Source: Nitrospirota bacterium (GTDB lineage Bacteria; Nitrospirota; Nitrospiria; Nitrospirales; NS-4). From it: a stretch of DNA of 64,000 nt. Shown in pieces: positions 9,345-18,928 of the stretch. The notes beneath the pieces are model-generated. The model had not been told where the DNA came from and did no database searches. It saw nothing but the letters and a program-made list of their open reading frames with translations. The stretch covers positions 224,001 to 288,000 of the forward strand of contig CAWBGA010000001.1 of the NCBI GenBank assembly GCA_963788195.1, given 5' to 3'. The first letter of the stretch is position 1; every line of letters begins with the position of its first letter. Both the position numbers and the translations under genes were made by a program.

Positions 9345-10601
9345 ATGGGTAAAATAAAAATTCTACACCTCATCACCGATCTCGCGACGGGCGGTGCTGA
9401 GATCATGCTGCATAAGGTTTTATCCCGACTGGACCGCTCGCAATTTCTCAACACAGTGGTCTCAATGACCGACCGCGGGAGTTTGGGCGAGCAAATTGAG
9501 GCGTTACAGATTCCTGTCTTCACGTTAGGACTACGTCGGGGAATCCCAAATCCCCTTGCCATGATTCGGCTGGTGCGGCTCCTGCGCGTCGAGCGGCCGC
9601 ATATTCTTCAAACGTGGCTGTATCACTCGGATCTGCTTGGACTGGTGGCCGGAAAGTTATCGGGAGTGCCGAACATTGCATGGAACGTCCGGTGTTCCGA
9701 CATGAATCTGCAACACTATCCTAGGCTGACAGGTCTGGTGCTTCGAGCCCTGGTACGGCTGTCCAGATTGCCTGAGATTGTCATTTTCAATTCCAACGCT
9801 GGATGGCAGTTTCATCAGAACCTGGGGTATGACCCTCGCAGATGGATGGTCATCCCAAATGGTTTTGATCTGGATGAGTTTTACCCGGATTCCGAAGCGC
9901 GATTCATTTTTCGAAGGGAGATTGGGCTGCCGCCTGAAGCAGTCTTGGTGGGACTGATTGCCCGCTATGATCCCATGAAGGACCACCAGAATTTCCTGAG
10001 GGCGGTCGCTTCTGTTTTAGACCAGCGACGTGAAATACGTTTTGTCCTTATCGGACATGGTGTTGATGAATCAAACCAGGAACTTGTCGCTGAGATCCGG
10101 AACCATAACCTCTCCCCACACCTGCACCTGCTTGGCGCGCGCGCAGACGTGCGAAAAATCATGCCGGCCCTGGATGTCGTGGTCCTCTCCTCGGCCTACG
10201 GCGAAGGATTTCCAAACGTGCTTGGCGAAGCTATGGCGTCGGGCATACCCTGTATTGTCACCAATGTCGGTGACGCGGCAGCGGTTGTCGGGGATACCGG
10301 CAGAGTGGTCAACGCGAGAGATGCTGCGGAACTTGCGGCGGCAATGGCCGAGATTGTGGACATGCCTCATGAGGAAAGACGCTCCTTGGGGCGTGCAGCT
10401 CGTAGCCGCGTCGAAGAATACTTCAGCTTACCGTCAGTCGTAGGTCAGTACGAACTACTCTACAAGCAACTCGCCGGGGGTCTCGCGGATTCTCCATCGT
10501 CTAATTCTTTGCATTTGCGAAGGCGCTTTCGTCACGACCCTACGGTTGCCGGCAGCAGCAAGTCCCTGCATCATGATAGCCCCGATGAGGCGGACTTCTA
10601 G
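9345..10601 (+). CDS. Glycosyltransferase family 4 (paralog of 6906-8075)
   Basis: GGAEIML, IARYDPMKDH, EGFPNVLGEAMASG. Confidence 0.93.
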   Translation: MGKIKILHLITDLATGGAEIMLHKVLSRLDRSQFLNTVVSMTDRGSLGEQIEALQIPVFTLGLRRGIPNPLAMIRLVRLLRVERPHILQTWLYHSDLLGLVAGKLSGVPNIAWNVRCSDMNLQHYPRLTGLVLRALVRLSRLPEIVIFNSNAGWQFHQNLGYDPRRWMVIPNGFDLDEFYPDSEARFIFRREIGLPPEAVLVGLIARYDPMKDHQNFLRAVASVLDQRREIRFVLIGHGVDESNQELVAEIRNHNLSPHLHLLGARADVRKIMPALDVVVLSSAYGEGFPNVLGEAMASGIPCIVTNVGDAAAVVGDTGRVVNARDAAELAAAMAEIVDMPHEERRSLGRAARSRVEEYFSLPSVVGQYELLYKQLAGGLADSPSSNSLHLRRRFRHDPTVAGSSKSLHHDSPDEADF

Positions 10602-10681
10602 AGGACATCACTGCAGCCTCTTCCAAGCCTCTCCCCCAACACACGCATGAGTGGCAGCACATGTGTGCTACGTGATTATTC

Positions 10682-10720
10682 TTGACTCCCGTTTACCCAT
10701 TGTGTTCAAATCGTGAACAC
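10682..10720 (+). promoter_or_regulatory. Putative sigma70 promoter (-35 TTGACT) overlapped by palindromic operator GTGTTCA-N5-TGAACAC
   Basis: TTGACT at 10682-10687; perfect 7-bp inverted repeat at 10702-10708 and 10714-10720, covering the expected -10 position, 22 bp upstream of a wHTH regulator. Confidence 0.7.
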
Positions 10721-10742
10721 GAAGGCGGGCACTACGTAGTTA

Positions 10743-11330
10743 TTGAACCTCCAAGCCCAACGAGAGCTCCAACTCCTCTGCGAAGTTGAGAAGAATGCTG
10801 CGGTGACGCAGCGTTCTCTTGCTCATACCCTCGGTGTCGCCGTCGGCCTGACAAATCTGTACTTGAAACGCCTTATTCGTAAAGGCCATATCAAGATCAC
10901 CACAATTCCTCGGAACCGGCTCAAATATCTATTGACGGCCCGCGGCATCGCGGAAAAGTCCCGCCTCACCTACCTGTACATGCAGTATTCCTTATCGTAT
11001 TACCGGAAGATGCGGCAGCGACTGCACCAAATCTTTTTGACCCTTTCAAAAGACGGCGCGAAGCGCATTGTCATCTGCGGAACCGGTGAACTGGCGGAAC
11101 TGTCGTATCTGACGCTGTGCGAGTTGGACCTCGCGCTTGTGGGTTTTGTAGATGGCAAGCCGCGAAGTACCTTTCTTTCATTCCCCGTTTGGCCGATCGA
11201 GGCGTTGGCGAACTGGGACTTCGACGCGATTCTCATTGCCGACATGGCTGATATCAAGGAACTTCAAAGCCGTTTGTTGTACGACGGCGTACCGAGCGAG
11301 AAGATAATTGCCCTCTGCCCGCTGAAGTAG
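10743..11330 (+). CDS. EPS-associated MarR-type winged-helix transcriptional regulator with C-terminal Rossmann-like domain
   Basis: TQRSLAHTLGVAVGLTNLYLKRLIRKGHIK...YLLTARGIAEKSRLT; C-terminal IVICGTGELAE. Confidence 0.88.
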   Translation: MNLQAQRELQLLCEVEKNAAVTQRSLAHTLGVAVGLTNLYLKRLIRKGHIKITTIPRNRLKYLLTARGIAEKSRLTYLYMQYSLSYYRKMRQRLHQIFLTLSKDGAKRIVICGTGELAELSYLTLCELDLALVGFVDGKPRSTFLSFPVWPIEALANWDFDAILIADMADIKELQSRLLYDGVPSEKIIALCPLK

Positions 11331-11471
11331 TGGCGTGACATAGAAAGTCCGGCTATGCAGTCTGGGAGGTTCGGCGCCGCCCGGGCTTTCAGGTTGTGTA
11401 AGTGAGAGGGCGGAGCTGTGCCTGGGGCCGTGACAGCAACCTCAATGGACACCAGAAAGAACCTAGTGATC

Positions 11472-13058
11472 ATGGAACACAGGGTGCCGCGTGTGGCGGT
11501 TGTGGGGTCGGGGTACTGGGGGAAGAACCTGGTCAGAAACTTTGCCCAACTCCAGGCGCTCGCCGCTGTCTGCGATCACGACGAGGAGACGCTGCGGCCG
11601 TTTCGTGAGCAGTACCCGGACTGCCTCACTTTGAATTCGTTTGACAAGGTCCTGGAGGACCGAACCATCGATGCCGTGGCTATCGCGACGCCGGCGGAAA
11701 CGCACGGCGAGCTTGTCAAGGAAGCGTTACTGGCGGGAAAGGACGTGTTTGTCGAAAAGCCGCTGAGTCTTTCGATCGGGCTCGCGCAGGAGCTTGTGAC
11801 CATTTCGAAGAAGAACGAGCAGATCTTAATGGTGGGGCATCTCCTGTGGTATCACCCCGCGATCTTGAAGTTGAAGGAGCTCATCACGAACGGAGAATTG
11901 GGCCGAATTCAATATATCTATTCCAGCCGTCTGAATCTGGGAAAAATTCGGCGGGAGGAGAACATTCTGTGGTCTTTTGCTCCGCATGACATCTCAGTGA
12001 TTCTGGGACTCTTGGGCGAGATGCCAGATGCCGTGTACGCGCAAGGCGGGAACTATCTGCACCCACAGATCGCTGATGTCACCGTGAGTCTGCTCTCATT
12101 CCCAAGCGGCGTACGAGCCCATATCTTTGTGTCGTGGCTGCATCCTTTTAAAGAACAAAAGCTGGTCGTGGTGGGGGATCGCAAGATGGCGGTCTTCGAT
12201 GACGTGGAGTCAAAAGACAAGTTGCTTTTGTATCCGCATTCAATCGATTGGAAGAACCATGTTCCTGTCGCGAATAAAGCGGACGCACAGCCTGTGCGAC
12301 TCAACGTTGAGGAACCTTTGCGAGCCGAATGCCTGCACTTTATCGAATGTATCACGACACGAAAGCGGCCAAGGACCGACGGAGAGGAAGGCCTGCGCGT
12401 TCTGACGGTATTAAAACAGTGCCAGGATGCGTTGGGGCAAAGCGGAGATCGGGGGATGAAAGTCTCTTCCAGCCGATCCCGCAACTATTTCGCTCATGAG
12501 TCGGCGTTTATCGATGATGGGAGCGAAATTGGAGAGGGCACGAGCATCTGGCACACCTCGCATGTGTTGAAGGGCTCCCGAATCGGGAAGAACTGCAAGA
12601 TCGGGCAAAATGTGGTCATCGGTCCCAATGTGATTGTAGGCGAAGGGGTCAAGATCCAGAACAATGTGTCGGTGTATGAAGGTGTGATTCTAGAAGATTA
12701 CGTTTTTTGCGGTCCCTCGGTCGTGTTCACCAATGTGTTGAACCCCAGGAGCGAGATCCCTCGAATGAAGGAACTGAGACCGACCCTGGTCAAGCGGGGA
12801 GCGACGCTCGGCGCCAACTGCACGATCGTGTGCGGCGTGACCATTGGCCGATACGCATTTATTGCCGCAGGAGCCGTGGCCACAAAAGACGTGCCTGACC
12901 ATGCGCTCGTGATGGGAAATCCAGGCCGCCTTGCCGGATGGATGTGCCGCTGCGGGGTGAAACTAAAGGCGACCACCACTCGCGCCCGTTGTATGGAGTG
13001 TGGGACCGAGTACCGAAAGGCCGGCCGAGGGATGCAACCAAGATCTGCATTCGCATGA
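11472..13058 (+). CDS. Fusion of Gfo/Idh/MocA oxidoreductase (WbpB/WlbA-like) and hexapeptide N-acetyltransferase (WbpD/WlbB-like)
   Basis: [24 protein letters not shown]-terminal [47 protein letters not shown]; start uncertain (11418, 11445 or 11472). Confidence 0.9.
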   Translation: MEHRVPRVAVVGSGYWGKNLVRNFAQLQALAAVCDHDEETLRPFREQYPDCLTLNSFDKVLEDRTIDAVAIATPAETHGELVKEALLAGKDVFVEKPLSLSIGLAQELVTISKKNEQILMVGHLLWYHPAILKLKELITNGELGRIQYIYSSRLNLGKIRREENILWSFAPHDISVILGLLGEMPDAVYAQGGNYLHPQIADVTVSLLSFPSGVRAHIFVSWLHPFKEQKLVVVGDRKMAVFDDVESKDKLLLYPHSIDWKNHVPVANKADAQPVRLNVEEPLRAECLHFIECITTRKRPRTDGEEGLRVLTVLKQCQDALGQSGDRGMKVSSSRSRNYFAHESAFIDDGSEIGEGTSIWHTSHVLKGSRIGKNCKIGQNVVIGPNVIVGEGVKIQNNVSVYEGVILEDYVFCGPSVVFTNVLNPRSEIPRMKELRPTLVKRGATLGANCTIVCGVTIGRYAFIAAGAVATKDVPDHALVMGNPGRLAGWMCRCGVKLKATTTRARCMECGTEYRKAGRGMQPRSAFA

Positions 13059-14119
13059 AAGTCTGCTCGGTTGTTGGTGCCCGTCCTCAGTTCATTAAGG
13101 CCGCAGTCGTCAGCCGGTCTCTGCGAAAAGTTGCGAGCGAAATTCTCATTCACACGGGCCAGCATTACGACGACGATATGTCGGCGGTTTTCTTCCAGGA
13201 ATTGGAGATACCGGCGCCGGATTACAACCTGGGGATCGGATCCTCATCTCACGGGGCTCAGACCGGCCGGATGCTGGAGCAGCTCGAAGCGGTGCTTGAA
13301 AAAGAGCGGCCGGATCGCGTGTTGGTCTTCGGAGACACCAATTCCACGCTGGCAGGCGCGCTTGCAGCGGCGAAGCTGAATATCCCTGTGGGCCACGTTG
13401 AAGCAGGGTTGCGCAGTTTTGCCCGGACCATGCCGGAAGAGGTCAATCGCATAGTCACCGACCATCTGTCAGGTTTGCTGTTCTGTCCCAGCCAGACGGC
13501 AGTGGCCAACCTCCGGAGGGAAGGCATTACGGAAGGCGTCCATTTGGTTGGGGATGTGATGGCTGAGGCATTGCGATGTGGAGTCGAGCGCGCACAACGG
13601 TGCTCAACAATAGTAAAACGCCTGGGCCTCAGTACTAAAGAATATCTGCTGGTGACGATACACAGGGCGGAAAATACCGATAATCACGAACGATTGCGCT
13701 CGATCCTAGCCGGTCTTGCTGCGACAGGCGAGACGATCGTCTTCCCTGTGCATCCTCGCACCGAAGCCGTTCTCGGGGACATCGGGTGGGCTGCGCCTCA
13801 GCATATCCATTTGATCCCGCCGGCGTCATACGTCGATATGTGCGCGCTGGAATCGAACGCCAAAATGATTCTCACGGATTCGGGGGGTGTTCAGAAGGAA
13901 GCGTACTGGCTTGGAGTCCCGTGCATCACCCTGCGCGAAGAGACGGAGTGGGTCGAAACCGTGGAAGCCGGTTGGAATCGATTGGTGGGAGCAGACACCG
14001 ATCGGCTGCTGATGGCGGTTTCCAAGGCTTGGGACTGTGAACGGCGACCGCCGCTCTATGAAGACGAACGTCCCGGTCACAGAATAGCAGAGCTGATGGC
14101 TGGTAGTATCGGTCATTGA
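13055..14119 (+). CDS. wecB: UDP-N-acetylglucosamine 2-epimerase, non-hydrolysing (WecB family, WbpI/WlbD-like)
   Basis: [48 protein letters not shown] overlap with the upstream gene. Confidence 0.93.
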   Translation: MKVCSVVGARPQFIKAAVVSRSLRKVASEILIHTGQHYDDDMSAVFFQELEIPAPDYNLGIGSSSHGAQTGRMLEQLEAVLEKERPDRVLVFGDTNSTLAGALAAAKLNIPVGHVEAGLRSFARTMPEEVNRIVTDHLSGLLFCPSQTAVANLRREGITEGVHLVGDVMAEALRCGVERAQRCSTIVKRLGLSTKEYLLVTIHRAENTDNHERLRSILAGLAATGETIVFPVHPRTEAVLGDIGWAAPQHIHLIPPASYVDMCALESNAKMILTDSGGVQKEAYWLGVPCITLREETEWVETVEAGWNRLVGADTDRLLMAVSKAWDCERRPPLYEDERPGHRIAELMAGSIGH

Positions 14120-14135
14120 GCATGAGGAGACACAC

Positions 14136-15134
14136 GTGGAACGTTTAGACTGGTCAAAGGCGACGATTTTGATCACCGGGGGGACCGGCTCCTTCGGCAA
14201 GAAATTTGTAGAAGTCATGCTGCGCGAACATCGACCGAAGAAACTTATTGTGTTCAGCCGCGACGAGCTAAAGCAGCACGATATGCGGCAAACGTTTCCC
14301 GACACCGGCGATGCGCCTCTCCGATATTTCCTCGGCGACGTACGGGATAGAGACAGACTCTACCGCGCCTTTCATGGAGTGGATGTCGTGGTGCACGCGG
14401 CCGCGCTCAAGCAGGTACCGGCCTGCGAATACAACCCCTTTGAAGCGGTGCAGACCAACATTATCGGTGCGAAAAACGTTATCGATGCCGCCATTGATTG
14501 CAATGTCAAGCGAATCATCTGCCTGTCCACCGACAAGGCTGTGAATCCGATCAATCTGTATGGCGCTACCAAACAGGTTGGTGAGAAATTGTTCGTCCAA
14601 GGAAACTCCTATGCGGGCATTGCAAATACGCGTTTCTCCTGCGTGCGGTATGGGAATGTCGTCGGCAGCCGGGGAAGCGTCATTCCTCTGTTTCTGGAGC
14701 AGCGCAAAACCGGCCGGATCACAATCACCGACAAGCGTATGACGCGTTTTTGGATCACACTGGAGCAGGGTGTTCGATTCGTCATCCGTTGTGCGGAGCA
14801 AATGCACGGCGGTGAGGTCTTCGTTCCAAAAATTCCCAGCATGCGGGTCACGGATATAGCGGAGGCGGTGGCGCCCGGCTGTCGGATCGAGGTGACTGGA
14901 ATTCGTCCCGGGGAGAAAGTGCATGAGGTTCTCATAGCCGAGGACGAATCGCGCGCCGCCTTAGAGTTTGATGACATGTATTTGATCACTCCGATGTTTC
15001 AATGGTGGGGGGGTGAAGGGTGGCAAGACGGAAAACCTTTGCCGGAGGGATTTAGATTCGCCAGCGAAACTAACACTCAGTGGATGTCCCAAGCCGAACT
15101 ACGATCCCTGATTGGGGACTCCATCAATGGATAG
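14136..15134 (+). CDS. pseB: UDP-GlcNAc 4,6-dehydratase (inverting)
   Basis: TGGTGSFG, SRDELKQ, HAAALKQVPACEYNPFEA, STDKA, RYGNVVGSRGSVIP, MTRFWITL. Confidence 0.95.
   Translation: MERLDWSKATILITGGTGSFGKKFVEVMLREHRPKKLIVFSRDELKQHDMRQTFPDTGDAPLRYFLGDVRDRDRLYRAFHGVDVVVHAAALKQVPACEYNPFEAVQTNIIGAKNVIDAAIDCNVKRIICLSTDKAVNPINLYGATKQVGEKLFVQGNSYAGIANTRFSCVRYGNVVGSRGSVIPLFLEQRKTGRITITDKRMTRFWITLEQGVRFVIRCAEQMHGGEVFVPKIPSMRVTDIAEAVAPGCRIEVTGIRPGEKVHEVLIAEDESRAALEFDDMYLITPMFQWWGGEGWQDGKPLPEGFRFASETNTQWMSQAELRSLIGDSING
14802..15134 (+). repeat. Direct repeat copy 1 (3' third of pseB)
   Basis: Colinear with 16397-16729, offset 1595 bp. Confidence 0.95.
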
Positions 15135-15148
15135 GCGATTTTTTAGGC

Positions 15149-16282
15149 ATGGTTAACCGCGCACAATCCAGATTAAAAACGGTGTCGTTTGCTTTTATTT
15201 CCACTCTGCTGGGAGTGGCGGCAACGGTTCTCACACTGGAAGTTGTGCTGAGAGCCTTTCCGGTAAACGAAGGATTACATGTCACTCCAGTCAATCAGGA
15301 TAATCCGATTTTGAAATTCGCCCCCAACCGCACCAGCATATGGTCAAGAAGATGGAATTTTTCCATCGTCAACAAAGTGAAGACCAATAATTACGGCTTT
15401 GTGAATGACATTGATTATGATCCGAATGCCACCACTCCTTTACTCGCCATCGTTGGCGATAGTTATGTCGAAGCTGCCATGGTGCCCTACAAGCAAACGG
15501 CTTCTGGCATTTTGGCAACGGCGCTGGCGCCGAAGGCCCGGGTATATAGCTTCGGCTCCTCCGGTTCGGCACTCAGTCAATATTTAGCGTATTGCCGATA
15601 TGTTCGAGATACGTTTCATCCTGATGCATTTGTTATTACAGTTATTGGCAATGACTATGATGAAAGTCTTCTTCAATACAAAAGTGATCCGGCGTACCAC
15701 TATTTCACGAGGGGCGTTGACGGGGATCTCATCCTACAACGTGTAGATTTCGAAGTGACGCCGTGGCGGGCTCTTGTACGACGATCAGTTTTAGGAATGT
15801 ACCTAGCCACGAATGTACATGCGCAATTGTGGCCAAACCGTATTAAGAGGTATTTCCCCCAGCTTGTTTCACAGACTCCACAGTCTGTGACTGACGCCTC
15901 AACGAGCACCGAACGCGAGCACATCATTGAGTCTCAGGAGGCTGTTGAGACTTTTATAAAACTGCTGCCGTCCTTTGCCGGACTGCCTCGTTCAAAAGTT
16001 ATTATGGTCATGGATGGGATGCGTGAAACTATATATAACATCCCGGTTGAAAAAACAGATTATATAAACGTGATGCGCCGCTACTTCATCGCGAAGGCTC
16101 AAGCCGGTGGGTTTGAGGTTATTGATATGCAGCCGCGGTTTCTCGAACATTACCGACAGTATGGCCAGAGGTTTGAGTTCGCGACGGATAATCACTGGAA
16201 CTCCTTGGGTCATGCACTTGTGGCTGCCGCCGTGCAACACTCGATGATGTACCGCACAGTATTTGGAGGGGTTTCACCATAG
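15149..16282 (+). CDS. Membrane-anchored SGNH-family protein (paralog of 8184-9299)
   Basis: TM helix, IVGDSYVEA, LSQYL, GNDYDES, DNHWNSLGH; visibly more AT-rich than its neighbours. Confidence 0.8.
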   Translation: MVNRAQSRLKTVSFAFISTLLGVAATVLTLEVVLRAFPVNEGLHVTPVNQDNPILKFAPNRTSIWSRRWNFSIVNKVKTNNYGFVNDIDYDPNATTPLLAIVGDSYVEAAMVPYKQTASGILATALAPKARVYSFGSSGSALSQYLAYCRYVRDTFHPDAFVITVIGNDYDESLLQYKSDPAYHYFTRGVDGDLILQRVDFEVTPWRALVRRSVLGMYLATNVHAQLWPNRIKRYFPQLVSQTPQSVTDASTSTEREHIIESQEAVETFIKLLPSFAGLPRSKVIMVMDGMRETIYNIPVEKTDYINVMRRYFIAKAQAGGFEVIDMQPRFLEHYRQYGQRFEFATDNHWNSLGHALVAAAVQHSMMYRTVFGGVSP

Positions 16283-16300
16283 ACCACTGTCACTGAGGCC

Positions 16301-16342
16301 TACGCCGCTGTCAATAGCAGCATCAATGATGTTTTTGGCGCC
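16301..16342 (-). pseudogene. Inverted fragment of a diverged pseB allele
   Basis: The minus strand reads GAKNIIDAAIDSGV, versus GAKNVIDAAIDCNV in pseB (14466-14507). Confidence 0.8.
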
Positions 16343-16396
16343 GCTCCAGAAGTTTACCTCATATCGGCTCTACGATCATAAGCAGAGGATCCGGAA

Positions 16397-16729
16397 ATGC
16401 ACGGCGGCGAAGTCTTCGTTTCCAAAATTCTCAGCATGCAAGTCATCGATATAGTCGAGGCGGTGGCGCCCGGCTGTCGGATCGAGGTGACCGGAATTCG
16501 TCCCGGGGAGAAAGTGCATGAGGTTCTCATTGCCGAGGACGAATCGCGCGCCGCTTTAGAGTTTGATGACATGTATTTGATCACCCCGATGTTTCAATGG
16601 TGGGGGGGTGAAGGGTGGCAAGACGGGAAACCTTTGCCGGAGGGATTTAGATTCGCCAGCGAAACGAATACTCAGTGGATATCGCAGGCCGAACTGCAAG
16701 GGCTTATGGGTGAATCCACAAATGGATAG
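16397..16729 (+). pseudogene. Direct repeat copy 2: 3' fragment of pseB (110 codons, open frame)
   Basis: Near-identical to the PseB C-terminus; its stop overlaps the pseC start (ATGGATAG). Confidence 0.93.
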
Positions 16730-17909
16730 ACTCGCCGTCGAAGGTGGCAGGCCCGTGCGTGCCGCCTTGTTACCCTATGGCTGCCAAACGGTGGACGATG
16801 ACGACGTCCAAGCCGTGACAGAGACATTGCGCTCCCCATGGCTGACTACAGGCCCGAAGGTCGAGGAGTTTGAAAAAGCCTTTGCCGGCGCGGTCGGCGC
16901 TTCGCATGCGGTGTCCGTGACCAACGGCACTGCCGCGCTGCACGCTACGATGGCTGCTCTTGATATCGGTCCGGGCGACGAAGTTATCGTCCCGCCCCTC
17001 ACGTTTGTCGCCAGCGCGAATTGTATTCTCTACGCGGGGGGCCGGCCCGTGTTTGCGGACGTCGATCCCTCGACACTCCTGCTCGACTCAGTTCAGGTAG
17101 AAGCGAAGGTGACGTCACGAACCAAGGCAATTATCGCGGTCGACTATGCCGGGCTTCCCTGTGATTATGATGCTTTGCGAAAGATCGCAGATCGCTTTGG
17201 AATGGCGGTTGTTGCCGATGCCTGCCATGCTCTCGGGGGTGGGTATCACGGGCGTCCGGTAGGTTCCCTGGCGAATCTGAATGTTTTCAGTCTGCACCCC
17301 GTCAAACACATCACCACCGGCGAGGGGGGCATGATCACCACCGATGCCGCCGAATCTGCGAGACGGCTGCGGATTTTTCGCAATCACGGAATCGCCAGCG
17401 ACCACAGACAGCGCGAACTCTTCGGTTCCTGGTACTACGAGATGGAAGAACTGGGGTTCAACTACCGCCTGACCGATATCCAGTGCGCGCTCGGACTTTC
17501 CCAATTGAAGAAACTCAAGGCCTGGGTGTCTCGTCGGCGGCAGATCGCCAGCAAGTATACGACCGCGTTCTCTTCACTTCAGGAAATAGAATTGCCTGCT
17601 TCACCGACGGATAGGGATCACGCGTGGCATCTGTATGTGATCCGTCTTCATCTCGAACGCTTGAGAGTCAGCAGAACGGCGGTGTTTCGAGCCCTCCGGG
17701 CCGAGAATATCGGCGTCAACGTGCATTATATTCCGGTTCCCTGGCAGCCATTCTACCAACGGTTGGGATACGGGAAGGGGCAGTGGCCGGTCGCTGAGTC
17801 GGCCTACGAGAGGATCATCAGTCTCCCAATCTGGCCCGGGATGACGGATGTTGATATACAGGACACCATTACCGGGGTAAGCAAAGTCCTTGCCGCCTAT
17901 CGAAAATGA
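16722..17909 (+). CDS. pseC: DegT/DnrJ-family PLP aminotransferase (PseC-like)
   Basis: LPYGCQ, LTTGPKV, NGTAALH, DACHALG, FSLHPVKHITTGEGG, GFNYRLTDIQCALG, VNVHYIPV. Confidence 0.92.
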   Translation: MDRLAVEGGRPVRAALLPYGCQTVDDDDVQAVTETLRSPWLTTGPKVEEFEKAFAGAVGASHAVSVTNGTAALHATMAALDIGPGDEVIVPPLTFVASANCILYAGGRPVFADVDPSTLLLDSVQVEAKVTSRTKAIIAVDYAGLPCDYDALRKIADRFGMAVVADACHALGGGYHGRPVGSLANLNVFSLHPVKHITTGEGGMITTDAAESARRLRIFRNHGIASDHRQRELFGSWYYEMEELGFNYRLTDIQCALGLSQLKKLKAWVSRRRQIASKYTTAFSSLQEIELPASPTDRDHAWHLYVIRLHLERLRVSRTAVFRALRAENIGVNVHYIPVPWQPFYQRLGYGKGQWPVAESAYERIISLPIWPGMTDVDIQDTITGVSKVLAAYRK

Positions 17910-18928
17910 GCCAGCCGCTTATCGTGTTTCGCACCGAAGGCGGCCCGAGAATTGGTCTCGGCCATATACGCCGTTCAATGACGTTGGCGAAGGAGCTCGA
18001 GACGCAAGGTGCGAGTGCGCTGTTTGTTCTTCCCGAAGATCCTATATCACTTGAAATTCTTGGCCGTGAAGGATTCCAGGCGACCACGGTAGCGATAGAG
18101 AAAGATCTTGATCTCGCGGCGACGCTCAAGTGCATGGAAAGCGCTGCCGCTCATGCCACCGTCATTGACGCATATAGCATTCTAGATTTCTCTCGAATTA
18201 CCCGCGCCACCTTTACCGGAGTCATAGATGACCTCGCGGAAAGATCCTTGCCGGTCGACCTGATCATTAATGGAGGCGTGGAGGCGGAACGACTGCCTTA
18301 TCGCGCCGCCGAGCATACTCAATTGTTGCTCGGTGCACAGTATAGTCTTTTACGAAAAGAGTTTTCTGAAGAGCCTATCCGTCGACACAAAGCAGGCATA
18401 GAGCGGGTGCTCATCACCCTCGGGGGAACAGACAATACCGGCCTTACGGTAGATATCATCACATGGGTCCGGGAAACACTGCCGCGTGTGATGGTGGATG
18501 TGGTTACGGGAGCATTTTTTAATCGAATGACCAGGGACAAGATCCGTGATCTATTAAAAAAAGATGCCGGCATTCACCAACATGACAACCCGCCCCATAT
18601 GCGTGAACTGATGCTCGCGTGTGATGTGGCCATCACCGGCGGCGGGCAGACCACCCATGAATTAGCCGCCACCGGCACTCCAGGGTTGGCGTTTCGGGTA
18701 GCCGATAACCAGACCAATAACCTTCGGGGTCTTTCATCCAAGGGGGCGTTACGATGGATCGGAGACTCCAAAGACAGTAACCTCAAGCAGAATCTAATTA
18801 GCGCCTTGCGGGACCTGGCCGAGAACAGCGAGACACGAGACGAAATGAGCCGCGCGGGGCGGCGCCTTGTTGACGGCGCAGGGACGGAACGCGTGGCACG
18901 GGCCATTCTGCGGGCGTGCACGGCATGA
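17906..18928 (+). CDS. pseG: UDP-2,4-diacetamido-2,4,6-trideoxy-hexose hydrolase (PseG/SpsG-like)
   Basis: FRTEGGPRIGLGHIRRS, IDD, LITLGGTD, GGGQTTHE, VADNQ, VDGAG. Confidence 0.88.
   Translation: MSQPLIVFRTEGGPRIGLGHIRRSMTLAKELETQGASALFVLPEDPISLEILGREGFQATTVAIEKDLDLAATLKCMESAAAHATVIDAYSILDFSRITRATFTGVIDDLAERSLPVDLIINGGVEAERLPYRAAEHTQLLLGAQYSLLRKEFSEEPIRRHKAGIERVLITLGGTDNTGLTVDIITWVRETLPRVMVDVVTGAFFNRMTRDKIRDLLKKDAGIHQHDNPPHMRELMLACDVAITGGGQTTHELAATGTPGLAFRVADNQTNNLRGLSSKGALRWIGDSKDSNLKQNLISALRDLAENSETRDEMSRAGRRLVDGAGTERVARAILRACTA

Noticed and set aside
10656..10740. Other short palindromes upstream of the regulator (AGCACATGTGTGCT, ACTACGTAGT)
   Set aside because: Short or imperfect and could arise by chance; no independent support.
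11343..11353. GAAAGTCCGG resembling the RNase P RNA 5' consensus
   Set aside because: The intergenic space is only about 140 bp and the other conserved RNase P elements are absent.
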